From NCBI GenBank assembly GCA_002426755.1, contig DINI01000028.1:173433-237432 (forward strand): a stretch of DNA of 64,000 nucleotides, read 5' to 3'. This stretch comes from Flavobacteriaceae bacterium UBA5544 (GTDB lineage Bacteria; Bacteroidota; Bacteroidia; Flavobacteriales; Flavobacteriaceae). Positions 40,573-49,155 of the stretch are shown one piece after another. The notes under the pieces are model-generated. The model ran no database searches and had not been told where the DNA came from. It saw only the letters and a list, made by a program, of their open reading frames with translations. Numbering within the stretch: the first letter of the stretch is position 1; the number at the start of each line of letters is the position of its first letter. Both the position numbers and the translations under genes were made by a program.

Positions 40573-41595
40573 ATGTCTTCACAAAATATTTATATTCTTG
40601 GTATTGAGTCATCGTGTGATGATACGGCGGCTTCTGTAATGCTTAACGGAAAAATATTGAGCAACATTGTAGCAAGCCAATCGATTCATGAAGCCTATGG
40701 AGGTGTGGTTCCTGAATTGGCATCTAGAGCACATCAGCAAAACATAGTCCCTGTTGTTCATGAAGCATTGAGAAGAGCCAATATAGATAAGGCACAATTA
40801 AATGCCATTGCCTTTACTCGTGGCCCAGGTTTAATGGGTTCTTTGTTGGTTGGGACGTCGTTTGCAAAATCGTTGGCTTATGGCTTGGACATTCCGCTGA
40901 TCGGTGTCAATCACATGTCGGCACATATTCTGGCCCATTTTATTGATGAGGACGGATACAACAAGCCTCCCTTTCCTTTTTTGGCAATGACCATATCTGG
41001 TGGACACACTCAAATCGTAAAAGTCAATAACTATTTTGATATGGAAGTCATTGGCGAAACCATTGACGATGCCGTTGGTGAAGCCTTTGATAAAAGTGGA
41101 AAATTATTGGGTTTAGGTTATCCTGCAGGACCCGAAATTGACAAACGTGCTAAATTGGGTAACCCAAAAAGATTCAAATTTACAAAGCCTAACGTTGAGG
41201 GACTGAATTTTAGTTTTTCAGGTTTGAAGACTGCAATTTTATACTTCATTCAGAAGGAAACACAGTCAAATCCAAATTTCATCGAAGAGAATCTGAATGA
41301 CATTTGCGCATCCATTCAATATACTATTATTGGAATTTTGATCGATAAATTAAAACTTGCCACCAAGCATACTGGCATAAAACACATTGCCATTGGTGGT
41401 GGTGTGTCTGCAAATTCTGGCATTCGCCAAGCTTTAAAAGATGGTGAAGCAAAATTTGGATGGACAACGTATGTTCCGAAATTTGAGTTCACCACTGACA
41501 ATGCAGCGATGATTGCCATCGTTGGGTATTTAAAATATTTGGAAGGTAATTTTGATGGGAATGACTTGGTGGCTTCATCAAGATTAAAGATTTAG
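40573..41595 (+). CDS. tsaD: tRNA t6A transferase subunit TsaD
   Basis: GIESSCDDT, GGVVPELASRAH, VNHMSAH, SGGHT, DDAVGEAFDK, DNAAMIA. Confidence 0.97.
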   Translation: MSSQNIYILGIESSCDDTAASVMLNGKILSNIVASQSIHEAYGGVVPELASRAHQQNIVPVVHEALRRANIDKAQLNAIAFTRGPGLMGSLLVGTSFAKSLAYGLDIPLIGVNHMSAHILAHFIDEDGYNKPPFPFLAMTISGGHTQIVKVNNYFDMEVIGETIDDAVGEAFDKSGKLLGLGYPAGPEIDKRAKLGNPKRFKFTKPNVEGLNFSFSGLKTAILYFIQKETQSNPNFIEENLNDICASIQYTIIGILIDKLKLATKHTGIKHIAIGGGVSANSGIRQALKDGEAKFGWTTYVPKFEFTTDNAAMIAIVGYLKYLEGNFDGNDLVASSRLKI

Positions 41596-41751
41596 TTGGC
41601 TTTTTTTAGTGTTTTATTCTCTTTCCTTTACTCTGACGATCTGTTCTATCCAAAGTTGTCAACAATCAATTCTTAAAAACTTAAAAACAGTTCTGTCATA
41701 AGCATCTGCATTCATTTTAAATTTGAATCCAAATCAACAAAAACCCTAATT

Positions 41752-42387
41752 ATGCTTAAACAGCTACTCTGCTCTGCTTTATTTTTATCCACAATTCTTA
41801 CATCTGCCCAAAATACAATTGAAAAACAATTGGATTCGATTCATGATGAAGCTCAGGCTACAAAATTTATTGAAAACCATAAATCCAATAAAGGAACGCT
41901 CTATGTATTCAATAAAGAAAAGCACAAAACACAATTGGCTCAAGAGCTTTTTAAGATGGGGAAAGGTGGTAGCAAAGTAATAACTAATGATATTGAAAAA
42001 ATACATTATAAGGTTATTGACACATATAATGTGCCTTATTATCGGGTAAGTTATGTGTATTTAGATGGCACTAATAAGACCAATGATGAGATTTTTAAAT
42101 GGGAACAACAGATTCTTACCAAATATCAACAAGGATATAAGTTTAAGGATTTGGCAAAACAATATTCAATGGACAGCAATGCTACTCGTGGAGGTGATAT
42201 GGGTTGGTTTACAAAAGGCACAATGGACCCAGAATTTGAAGATGCTATCATAAATTCACCAAACAGCGTTGGAGATCTTTTTACGGTGCATCTGCAAAAC
42301 AGCAACAAACACTATGTTGTTTTGAAAACATTTGACCAAAAAATGATTGAAGAGATAAAAGTCCTGACGGTTACCGAAAAAATCTAA
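41752..42387 (+). CDS. Secreted parvulin/PpiC-type peptidyl-prolyl isomerase
   Basis: Signal peptide; FKDLAKQYSMD..GGDMGWF..GTMDPEFEDA. Confidence 0.8.
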   Translation: MLKQLLCSALFLSTILTSAQNTIEKQLDSIHDEAQATKFIENHKSNKGTLYVFNKEKHKTQLAQELFKMGKGGSKVITNDIEKIHYKVIDTYNVPYYRVSYVYLDGTNKTNDEIFKWEQQILTKYQQGYKFKDLAKQYSMDSNATRGGDMGWFTKGTMDPEFEDAIINSPNSVGDLFTVHLQNSNKHYVVLKTFDQKMIEEIKVLTVTEKI

Positions 42388-42388
42388 A

Positions 42389-43096
42389 ATGCAATTATTC
42401 TATAATCCTGATATCGACGAACACACACGTCAATTGGCGTTTTCAAAAGATGAAAGCAAGCATATTGTAAAGGTTCTGCGAAAATCGATTGGTGACGAAC
42501 TGCAAATTACCAATGGAAAAGGTTGGCTTTTTAATGCTGAAATTTCAGTTGCTGATATCAAGAATTGTATTGCGATTATCACTTCAAGAACATATCAGAA
42601 TCCGAAAAATTATCAGCTTCATTTAGCGGTCGCTCCAACAAAAATGAACGACAGATATGAATGGTTTCTTGAAAAGGCCACAGAAATTGGGGTAGACGTC
42701 ATTACGCCTATTATTTGTGACCGTAGCGAACGTAAAGTCGTTAAGACGGACCGTTTTGAAAAGATTTTACAATCAGCAATGAAGCAATCGCTTCATTATT
42801 ACATGCCACAATTGAACGAGCCTATTTTGTTGAAGGGTTTTTTGCAGCATGATGTTAGAGGTCAAAAATTCATCGCCCATTGTGAGGAAACCAATAGAAA
42901 ATCTCTAAAAAAAGAATTGATCCCAAATCAAGACATCACAATCCTTATCGGTCCTGAAGGAGATTTTAGTTCTAATGAAATTGAGTTGGCAATAAAAAAC
43001 GGATTTGTTCCTGTCACACTAGGCGACACACGTTTGAGAACTGAGACTGCTGCGATTGTTGCTTGTCATAGTGTTGCTTTTGTAAATGAATTATAA
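42389..43096 (+). CDS. rsmE: 16S rRNA m3U1498 methyltransferase
   Basis: ESKHIVKVLR, EKATEIGV, IGPEGDFS, RLRTETA. Confidence 0.95.
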   Translation: MQLFYNPDIDEHTRQLAFSKDESKHIVKVLRKSIGDELQITNGKGWLFNAEISVADIKNCIAIITSRTYQNPKNYQLHLAVAPTKMNDRYEWFLEKATEIGVDVITPIICDRSERKVVKTDRFEKILQSAMKQSLHYYMPQLNEPILLKGFLQHDVRGQKFIAHCEETNRKSLKKELIPNQDITILIGPEGDFSSNEIELAIKNGFVPVTLGDTRLRTETAAIVACHSVAFVNEL

Positions 43097-43819
43097 ATTT
43101 AGCTGACTTCCTCCAACAATATCAAAATCAAACGTTTCAATTATTGTTATTAAAGATAAATTATCCGAAGATTTTACCAATTGAGGAATAGTAACAGTTG
43201 TTTTTCCTGTTTTAGAATTTAAGTTGATTTCCATTTGTTCTACAACAATATTTGAATTTTTTAAGCTTCTATTTTTGTTTTCTCCTCTCGATATCGATGT
43301 GGTTCGTTCATCAATAGTCAAAGCAATCAACAATTTCTTGTTGCTAATGTCACCTTCTACATGGTAGTCAAAAGAGATCGAGGTATCACTCTTTTTTACG
43401 TTGGAAATTGAAATACTATTTTCAGCTTTTTTACCTAAATATGATTTGATTTTAGATTTTAAAATGCCTTCGTTTGAACCTACAAAATGTTCTTTTCCAT
43501 TCACTACCATTTGAGGTGTATAAATGGTGCTATTATTGAATTTTTTTCCATAACGCCTTTGTTTGTCACTGAATTCTGCTTTGCTAAAAGGGTCTTTCCA
43601 ACCAATATAATTCCAATAATCCACATGATAGGACAATGCTACGACTTCTGATTGGTCGTAATTTTTTTTGATGTTGTTTAACAAATCATCCGCTGGTGGA
43701 CAGCTCGAGCAGCCTTGTGATGTAAACAATTCCAAAACCACAATTGGTTTGAACGTTGCATCTTTAGACGGTTCTGCAGATGTTAACAAAACAATTAACG
43801 CGATAAATAGAAGTTTCAT
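43091..43819 (-). CDS. DUF1223 thioredoxin-like secreted protein
   Basis: ELFTSQGCSSCPPAD, HVDYWNYIGWKDPFS, YTPQMVVNG. Confidence 0.92.
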   Translation of the reverse strand: MKLLFIALIVLLTSAEPSKDATFKPIVVLELFTSQGCSSCPPADDLLNNIKKNYDQSEVVALSYHVDYWNYIGWKDPFSKAEFSDKQRRYGKKFNNSTIYTPQMVVNGKEHFVGSNEGILKSKIKSYLGKKAENSISISNVKKSDTSISFDYHVEGDISNKKLLIALTIDERTTSISRGENKNRSLKNSNIVVEQMEINLNSKTGKTTVTIPQLVKSSDNLSLITIIETFDFDIVGGSQLNL

Positions 43820-43843
43820 AGGTATTATTTTTATTTTTGAGAG

Positions 43844-44512
43844 ATGTTATTTAGTACGATGAATTTTAGAAGTCTTACAATTAGTTTTGTTTTTAGTGTT
43901 TGTTTAACACTCACTTCCAATGCGCAGGATATCGCAGTTTTAAAATATAAAGGTGGAGGTGATTGGTATGGAAATCCAACGTCGTTGCCTAATTTAATAG
44001 CATTTTGTAACGCCAATATCAACACCAAGATAAACCCCAAACCAGAAGTTGTCGAAACAGGAAGTCTTGATATATATCAATACCCAATGTTGCACATGAC
44101 CGGTCATGGCAATGTGTTTTTTAGTGATGAAGATGCTGAAAATTTGAGAAATTATCTTCTCTCGGGCGGGTTTCTACACATCGACGACAACTACGGTTTA
44201 CAACCTTATATTACAAAAGAACTCAAAAAAGTATTTCCAGATAAGGAGTTGGTAGAGCTTCCGAAAACCCATGAGATTTTTAATGTTTTTTACAAGTTCC
44301 CAGAAGGTTTGCCAAAAATTCATGTACACGATGGTAAGCGTCCACAAGCGTTTGGTGTCTTTAATGAAGGCAGATTAGTTCTGTTATTCACTTATGAAAG
44401 TGATTTGGGGAATGGCTGGGAAGATTCTGAGGTTCACAACGACCCAATAGAACTGCACGAAAAAGCTTTAAAAATGGGTGCCAACATTATTAAGTACGCA
44501 TTCGAAAATTAA
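43844..44512 (+). CDS. DUF4159 protein
   Basis: GGGDWY, TGHG, GGFLHIDDNYG, DLGNGWED. Confidence 0.88.
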   Translation: MLFSTMNFRSLTISFVFSVCLTLTSNAQDIAVLKYKGGGDWYGNPTSLPNLIAFCNANINTKINPKPEVVETGSLDIYQYPMLHMTGHGNVFFSDEDAENLRNYLLSGGFLHIDDNYGLQPYITKELKKVFPDKELVELPKTHEIFNVFYKFPEGLPKIHVHDGKRPQAFGVFNEGRLVLLFTYESDLGNGWEDSEVHNDPIELHEKALKMGANIIKYAFEN

Positions 44513-44515
44513 GGT

Positions 44516-44851
44516 ATGAGATTAAGCTATCGGTGTACCTTATGCAAAACGGAGAATTACATAAAAACAAAATGCACCAATCGACATGATCTGCTTATGG
44601 AACTTGGAAAAGATGAAATCCATGAAACGTGCAAATTCTGTAGTTCGACAAACAAAAAACATATCAACAGATTGCATGCAGAAATTAATAAAGCTATTAT
44701 CCTGATATCATTTTCAGTCACTCTTTTGTTGGCTATCCTACTTTTATTTGGATATGGATATATCTCGTTTGCAATTTTTGTCATTCCTGTTTTTTCAGCA
44801 TTTGATCAACATAAAAAAGCCAGTAATTTTAACAGGACAATGATTAAATAA
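44516..44851 (+). CDS. Hypothetical membrane protein with Zn-ribbon-like Cys pairs
   Basis: CTLC and CKFC pairs, two C-terminal hydrophobic segments. Confidence 0.6.
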   Translation: MRLSYRCTLCKTENYIKTKCTNRHDLLMELGKDEIHETCKFCSSTNKKHINRLHAEINKAIILISFSVTLLLAILLLFGYGYISFAIFVIPVFSAFDQHKKASNFNRTMIK

Positions 44852-45352
44852 ATGCAACTTTCCCATCACAATAAAACATTCGAGAAAAAACCATTTCCAA
44901 TTATTTTAGTGTGTGATAACATTTCAAAAGCACCAAATATTGGAAGTTTATTCAGAATAGCAGATGCTTTTGGAGTGGAAAAGCTACTATTTTGCGGACA
45001 AAATATTCCTTTGGGAAGACGAATAACCAAAACGTCCAGGGCTACTGAAAAAGTGGTTGCATATGAAATTCATGAAGATATAATAAGTCTAGTCAATAAA
45101 TTGAAACTTGAAGGTCATTTTATTGTTTCGTTGGAAATCACATCAAACAGTATATCTATTAATAAGTACAATTTTCCAAATCAACCCATTGCATTAATCA
45201 TTGGCGATGAAAATCACGGGGTGTCACATACCATTCTAGAGATGAGTGATATTATAATTCACATAGATATGTTTGGTCATAACAGCAGTATGAATGTTGC
45301 ACAAGCCACATCCATTGCACTCTACGAGATTACGAAACAAATGAACAACTAA
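44852..45352 (+). CDS. TrmH/SpoU family RNA methyltransferase
   Basis: APNIGSLFRIADAFG, IIGDE..GV, SSMNVAQA. Confidence 0.88.
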   Translation: MQLSHHNKTFEKKPFPIILVCDNISKAPNIGSLFRIADAFGVEKLLFCGQNIPLGRRITKTSRATEKVVAYEIHEDIISLVNKLKLEGHFIVSLEITSNSISINKYNFPNQPIALIIGDENHGVSHTILEMSDIIIHIDMFGHNSSMNVAQATSIALYEITKQMNN

Positions 45353-45402
45353 TATTTCCTATTGGGTTATTATCGAAATCTAAATTCGCTTATATTTACG
45401 AT

Positions 45403-46491
45403 ATGAACTCAAAAACCATTGCAAAAGGAAATCTAAAGACATTGGCTGTCGTAGCCGGAGTGATACTCCTGATTTATATCCTTTTTAAAATCAAGTCGTT
45501 GCTCCTATTTATTTTTATTGCGGGCGTTATTTCTTTGATTTGCAGACCTTTGGTTTCGTTCTTGAAGCATCGATTAAAATTTAGTAATACCCTTGCTTCT
45601 TTTACAACCTTGATTTTAGTTGGAGGTTTTTTGTTCTTGATGATGCGGATTTTTTTGCCAATTGTGCTTGAACAGAGCAAAAATATATCTGATATCGATT
45701 TTAAGGTGGTAAAGAAAGATCTTAACGAACTAAACATTCAAGCTAGCGAGTATTTAGGAGTGGATAGAATAAATATCGTCGAAGCCATCAAACGGACCGA
45801 TTTCGTGAGGAATTTTAATTCGGAATTTGTCGCTAGCTTTGTTGAAATATTCTTCCGTAATATTGGCGATGTTGTGATTGGAATTTTTTCTGTACTGTTC
45901 ATATCTTTCTTTCTTTTAAAAGACGAAAAATTGATTACAAAGGCCGTAACATCTTTTGCAGATCGAGGCAATGAACGACGTTCGGTGGTGGTTTTTACAA
46001 AAGTAAAAGAACTGCTTTCCAGATATTTCTTGGGTTTATTGATTCAAACACTGATTGTAGCCTTATTTTATTTGGGACTTTTAATGTATTTGGATGTCAA
46101 AAATGCTTTGGCAATAGCCATTATTTGTGCATTTCTGAATATTGTTCCTTATTTGGGACCACTAATTGGCGCTGTGCTAATGATGCTTGTAGTTGTATCA
46201 AACAATCTTGGCGCTAATTTCTCTACAGATTTACTTCCTTTATTGATTAAAGTTTTGATTGGCGTTTCTATAGTTCAGCTAATAGACAACTTGATTTCAC
46301 AACCAGTTATTTTTGGACGAAGTGTCCGTTCACATCCATTGGAAATATTTATTGCTATCATCATAGGCGGTTTGCTGTTCAATATTGGGGGAATGATTCT
46401 CGCTGTTCCGGTGTACACCACTTTAAAAGTGATTTCCCAAGAATTTCTCTCAGAATATAAGATTGTGAAACATTTGACCAAAAATCTTTAA
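45403..46491 (+). CDS. AI-2E family transporter
   Basis: Multiple TMs, FFLLKD, NIVPYLGP, QLIDN, HPL, LAVP. Confidence 0.9.
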   Translation: MNSKTIAKGNLKTLAVVAGVILLIYILFKIKSLLLFIFIAGVISLICRPLVSFLKHRLKFSNTLASFTTLILVGGFLFLMMRIFLPIVLEQSKNISDIDFKVVKKDLNELNIQASEYLGVDRINIVEAIKRTDFVRNFNSEFVASFVEIFFRNIGDVVIGIFSVLFISFFLLKDEKLITKAVTSFADRGNERRSVVVFTKVKELLSRYFLGLLIQTLIVALFYLGLLMYLDVKNALAIAIICAFLNIVPYLGPLIGAVLMMLVVVSNNLGANFSTDLLPLLIKVLIGVSIVQLIDNLISQPVIFGRSVRSHPLEIFIAIIIGGLLFNIGGMILAVPVYTTLKVISQEFLSEYKIVKHLTKNL

Positions 46492-46498
46492 ACTTGGT

Positions 46499-47680
46499 TT
46501 GAATACTCTTCTTTTAAATACTGAAAGTCAAGAATTCATAAATAATCATTTGAATTCTGACATTGCATCGTTACTCTTAAAAGGAATTTCAATTGAAGGA
46601 ATTGATTTAAAAGAACTCATTGAACAAATTGAGGCAAAAAAAAGATGCGTCAAAAAACTTCCTACTTGGTTCAATTCCGAAACTATTTATTTTCCCAATA
46701 AACTTAATATTGAACAGACATCTTCAGAAGCTACCGCAGAATACAAGGCGGCATTGATACAAGGCAATTCAATCATAGACCTTACAGGCGGATTTGGGGT
46801 AGATTGCTATTATTTTTCCAAACGTTTTGAATCCGTTGTGCATTGCGAAATCAATGAAGAATTGTCTAATATAGTTAAACATAATTTCCATCAGTTTCAG
46901 ATTCAAAACATTAAAACACTGGCTTCTGATGGAATTGAAGTTCTAAAAAACTCAAAAAAAAATTATGATTGGATCTATGTAGATCCCTCCAGAAGACATT
47001 ATAGTAAGGGGAAAGTGTTCTTCTTGAAGGATTGTCTGCCTAATATTCCAACACAACTGGATGCATTATTTGAACACTCAAACAACATTATGATCAAAAC
47101 CTCACCTCTTTTGGATATTTCCGTGGGTATTGATGAGTTAAAACATGTAAAAACAATCCATGTTGTTGCTGTGAATAATGAAGTCAAAGAATTGCTTTGG
47201 ATGCTTGAAAAAGGATATCAATCAGCCATCACACTACAAACTATCAATCTAAAGTCTGAAAACAATGAGGTTTTCAATTTCAACTTTCAAAATGAATCAG
47301 AAATAGAGGCAAATTTTAGCTTGCCTCTTGATTATCTCTATGAACCAAATTCTGCCATTTTAAAAGCTGGTGGTTTTAATTCAATTGCATCACAATTGGA
47401 CATCAATAAACTTCACAAACATTCACATCTTTATACCTGTGAGCATTTGATCGAATTTCCAGGTAGGCGTTTTAAGATTGTCAAAACCATTCCTTACCAT
47501 AAGAAAACGATTAAAAAGCTTGGTATTCAACAAGCCAATATTACAACCCGCAATTTTCCAGAAACTGTTGAGCAGATTCGAAAAAATCTAAAAATTAGCG
47601 AGGGAGGTAATGACTATTTGTTCTTTACTACCGACTTAAATAATAAAAAAATTGTTCTTATCAGCTCAAAAATTAATTAG
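46499..47680 (+). CDS. Class I SAM-dependent methyltransferase with THUMP-like C-terminal domain
   Basis: EQTSSE, DLTGGFGVD, YVDPSRR, KTSPLLD, YEPNSAILKAG. Confidence 0.88.
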   Translation: MNTLLLNTESQEFINNHLNSDIASLLLKGISIEGIDLKELIEQIEAKKRCVKKLPTWFNSETIYFPNKLNIEQTSSEATAEYKAALIQGNSIIDLTGGFGVDCYYFSKRFESVVHCEINEELSNIVKHNFHQFQIQNIKTLASDGIEVLKNSKKNYDWIYVDPSRRHYSKGKVFFLKDCLPNIPTQLDALFEHSNNIMIKTSPLLDISVGIDELKHVKTIHVVAVNNEVKELLWMLEKGYQSAITLQTINLKSENNEVFNFNFQNESEIEANFSLPLDYLYEPNSAILKAGGFNSIASQLDINKLHKHSHLYTCEHLIEFPGRRFKIVKTIPYHKKTIKKLGIQQANITTRNFPETVEQIRKNLKISEGGNDYLFFTTDLNNKKIVLISSKIN

Positions 47681-48110
47681 ACGCAGCTTGAGGCTGAACA
47701 TTTTTTAATTGATTGTTTGAATCTATTTCCAAACTCACTTCAGTGCAAAAATCCATTAAATGGCTAACTTTTTCTCCATTAAAATCAACGGCAGTTATAG
47801 AAAAAAGTGATTGCCCATTTGGAAAAGTTTTCCAATCTGAAATTTCACCCGGCTCTAAATTAGCTTCAGACCCTAAAAGACTGCCAGTAGTGCTATATAT
47901 TCTGAAATTGAAAGTTAAAGTGCCATTGTTAATAAGCCTTGCCCTTGGATTCTCCCCACTACAAGCGGAGACTTCTTGAGACTGTTCGACAGAAGATAAC
48001 GGAACAACTGCTAATTGTTGTTCTAATTGGTCCGTCGGTTCAACAGAGCAATTATAAAGCGGAGTCATAACTATTGCCAAAGCAATAGCTTTTAGTAGGT
48101 TGGTTTTCAT
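47673..48110 (-). CDS. Hypothetical lipoprotein
   Basis: Lipobox-like LYNC after hydrophobic stretch; beta-rich C-domain. Confidence 0.7.
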   Translation of the reverse strand: MKTNLLKAIALAIVMTPLYNCSVEPTDQLEQQLAVVPLSSVEQSQEVSACSGENPRARLINNGTLTFNFRIYSTTGSLLGSEANLEPGEISDWKTFPNGQSLFSITAVDFNGEKVSHLMDFCTEVSLEIDSNNQLKNVQPQAASN

Positions 48111-48141
48111 TTGATTTGGGGTTTAAATGAAATTATGTCCG

Positions 48142-48270
48142 CAAATATATGTTAAAAGATAGGTTACGTAAAGAATTAATTCGATGAAACGTATTAAATA
48201 TTCGATATAATACTCAAATATCGACGAATAACATCTTTATGTTCGATAAAAAGCATAATTGTTCGATGAA
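48142..48270 (-). promoter_or_regulatory. Promoter (-7 TATATTTG) with five upstream phased TCGA-core direct repeats
   Basis: TTCGATGAA 48180, TTCGATATA 48201, ATCGACGAA 48220, TTCGATAAA 48242, TTCGATGAA 48262. Confidence 0.65.
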
Positions 48271-48300
48271 ATTAAATTATGTATAATGTTGTTTTGAGAC

Positions 48301-48438
48301 CTAAAAAACATTGAATACATAACCCAATAACCAGTACAAAATTAAAAACACAACGATAGTGCCAATGCATCCGCATTTGCCACCACCTATTTTTTTCGCG
48401 CCCCAACCTGCCAATATTGCCCTTAATAAATTTTTCAT
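48301..48438 (-). CDS. 45-aa small membrane protein absent from the ORF track (MKNLLRAILAGWGAKKIGGGKCGCIGTIVVFLILYWLLGYVFNVF)
   Basis: Hand-translated: ATG 48438, TAG 48303-48301, AT-rich upstream region, Gly-rich linker, C-terminal TM. Confidence 0.75.
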   Translation of the reverse strand: MKNLLRAILAGWGAKKIGGGKCGCIGTIVVFLILYWLLGYVFNVF

Positions 48439-48504
48439 GTTTGCTGAATTTAGTTAGTAAAAATAGTCTAAAATTCAAAGTGGTTTGGGCGCAAAAGAAA
48501 GAAT

Positions 48505-49155
48505 TTATATCTCAAATAGATTTGTTTTCGTAAAGGCGTAGCAAATTGTGCCTTTATCATCACAACCCGTATTCAGGCCTGTGAATTCACTGAAAGCAGG
48601 CAGAATCAACTGTGATTTCGATACTTGAAAACAGGGCAATTTGATAAATTGCTTCCCTCTACCCTTTATCAAAACGCCAGGATGTGTATGACCGGAAATA
48701 CAAAATATAGCTTCCTGACAATGATTGACGTCATGGACAAAGCGAAAGGGCGTGCGTTCGTGAAATGACTTGTCTATTTCAATACCCAAATCTTCGTAGA
48801 TGGATAACTGTAATCGATCGTGATTTCCCTTGATGAGTCGCCATTCTTTAGCTTCAAACTGAACTTTCCATTCTTTAAATGTTTGAATGTCTTTATTGAC
48901 TTCTGCATGGAATAAATCTCCGACAATCAGAATGGTTTCAATATCAAAATGCTGAATCAGGTTTTTTAAGCGCTTCAGGTCATTATGTAAGACTTGTGAA
49001 GGAATGGCAATTCCTGCCTTTCTAAAGTGGGCCGTTTTGCCAATGTGCAAATCGGAAAGCACCAACATCTTCTCGCGTTGCCAATACAGGACTCTGCTGT
49101 TGGTTAATTTCAAAGTCTCACCACTACACTCAATTTCTTTTGTTACTAAACTCAT
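48505..49155 (-). CDS. pdeM: Ligase-associated DNA damage response metallophosphoesterase/endonuclease
   Basis: SDLHIGK, VGDLFH, KGNHD, SGHTHP, LPAFSEFTG; operon context. Confidence 0.9.
   Translation of the reverse strand: MSLVTKEIECSGETLKLTNSRVLYWQREKMLVLSDLHIGKTAHFRKAGIAIPSQVLHNDLKRLKNLIQHFDIETILIVGDLFHAEVNKDIQTFKEWKVQFEAKEWRLIKGNHDRLQLSIYEDLGIEIDKSFHERTPFRFVHDVNHCQEAIFCISGHTHPGVLIKGRGKQFIKLPCFQVSKSQLILPAFSEFTGLNTGCDDKGTICYAFTKTNLFEI

Noticed and set aside
48272-48478. 68-aa ORF from the track
   Set aside because: Alternative frame over the more protein-like 45-aa ORF 48438-48301
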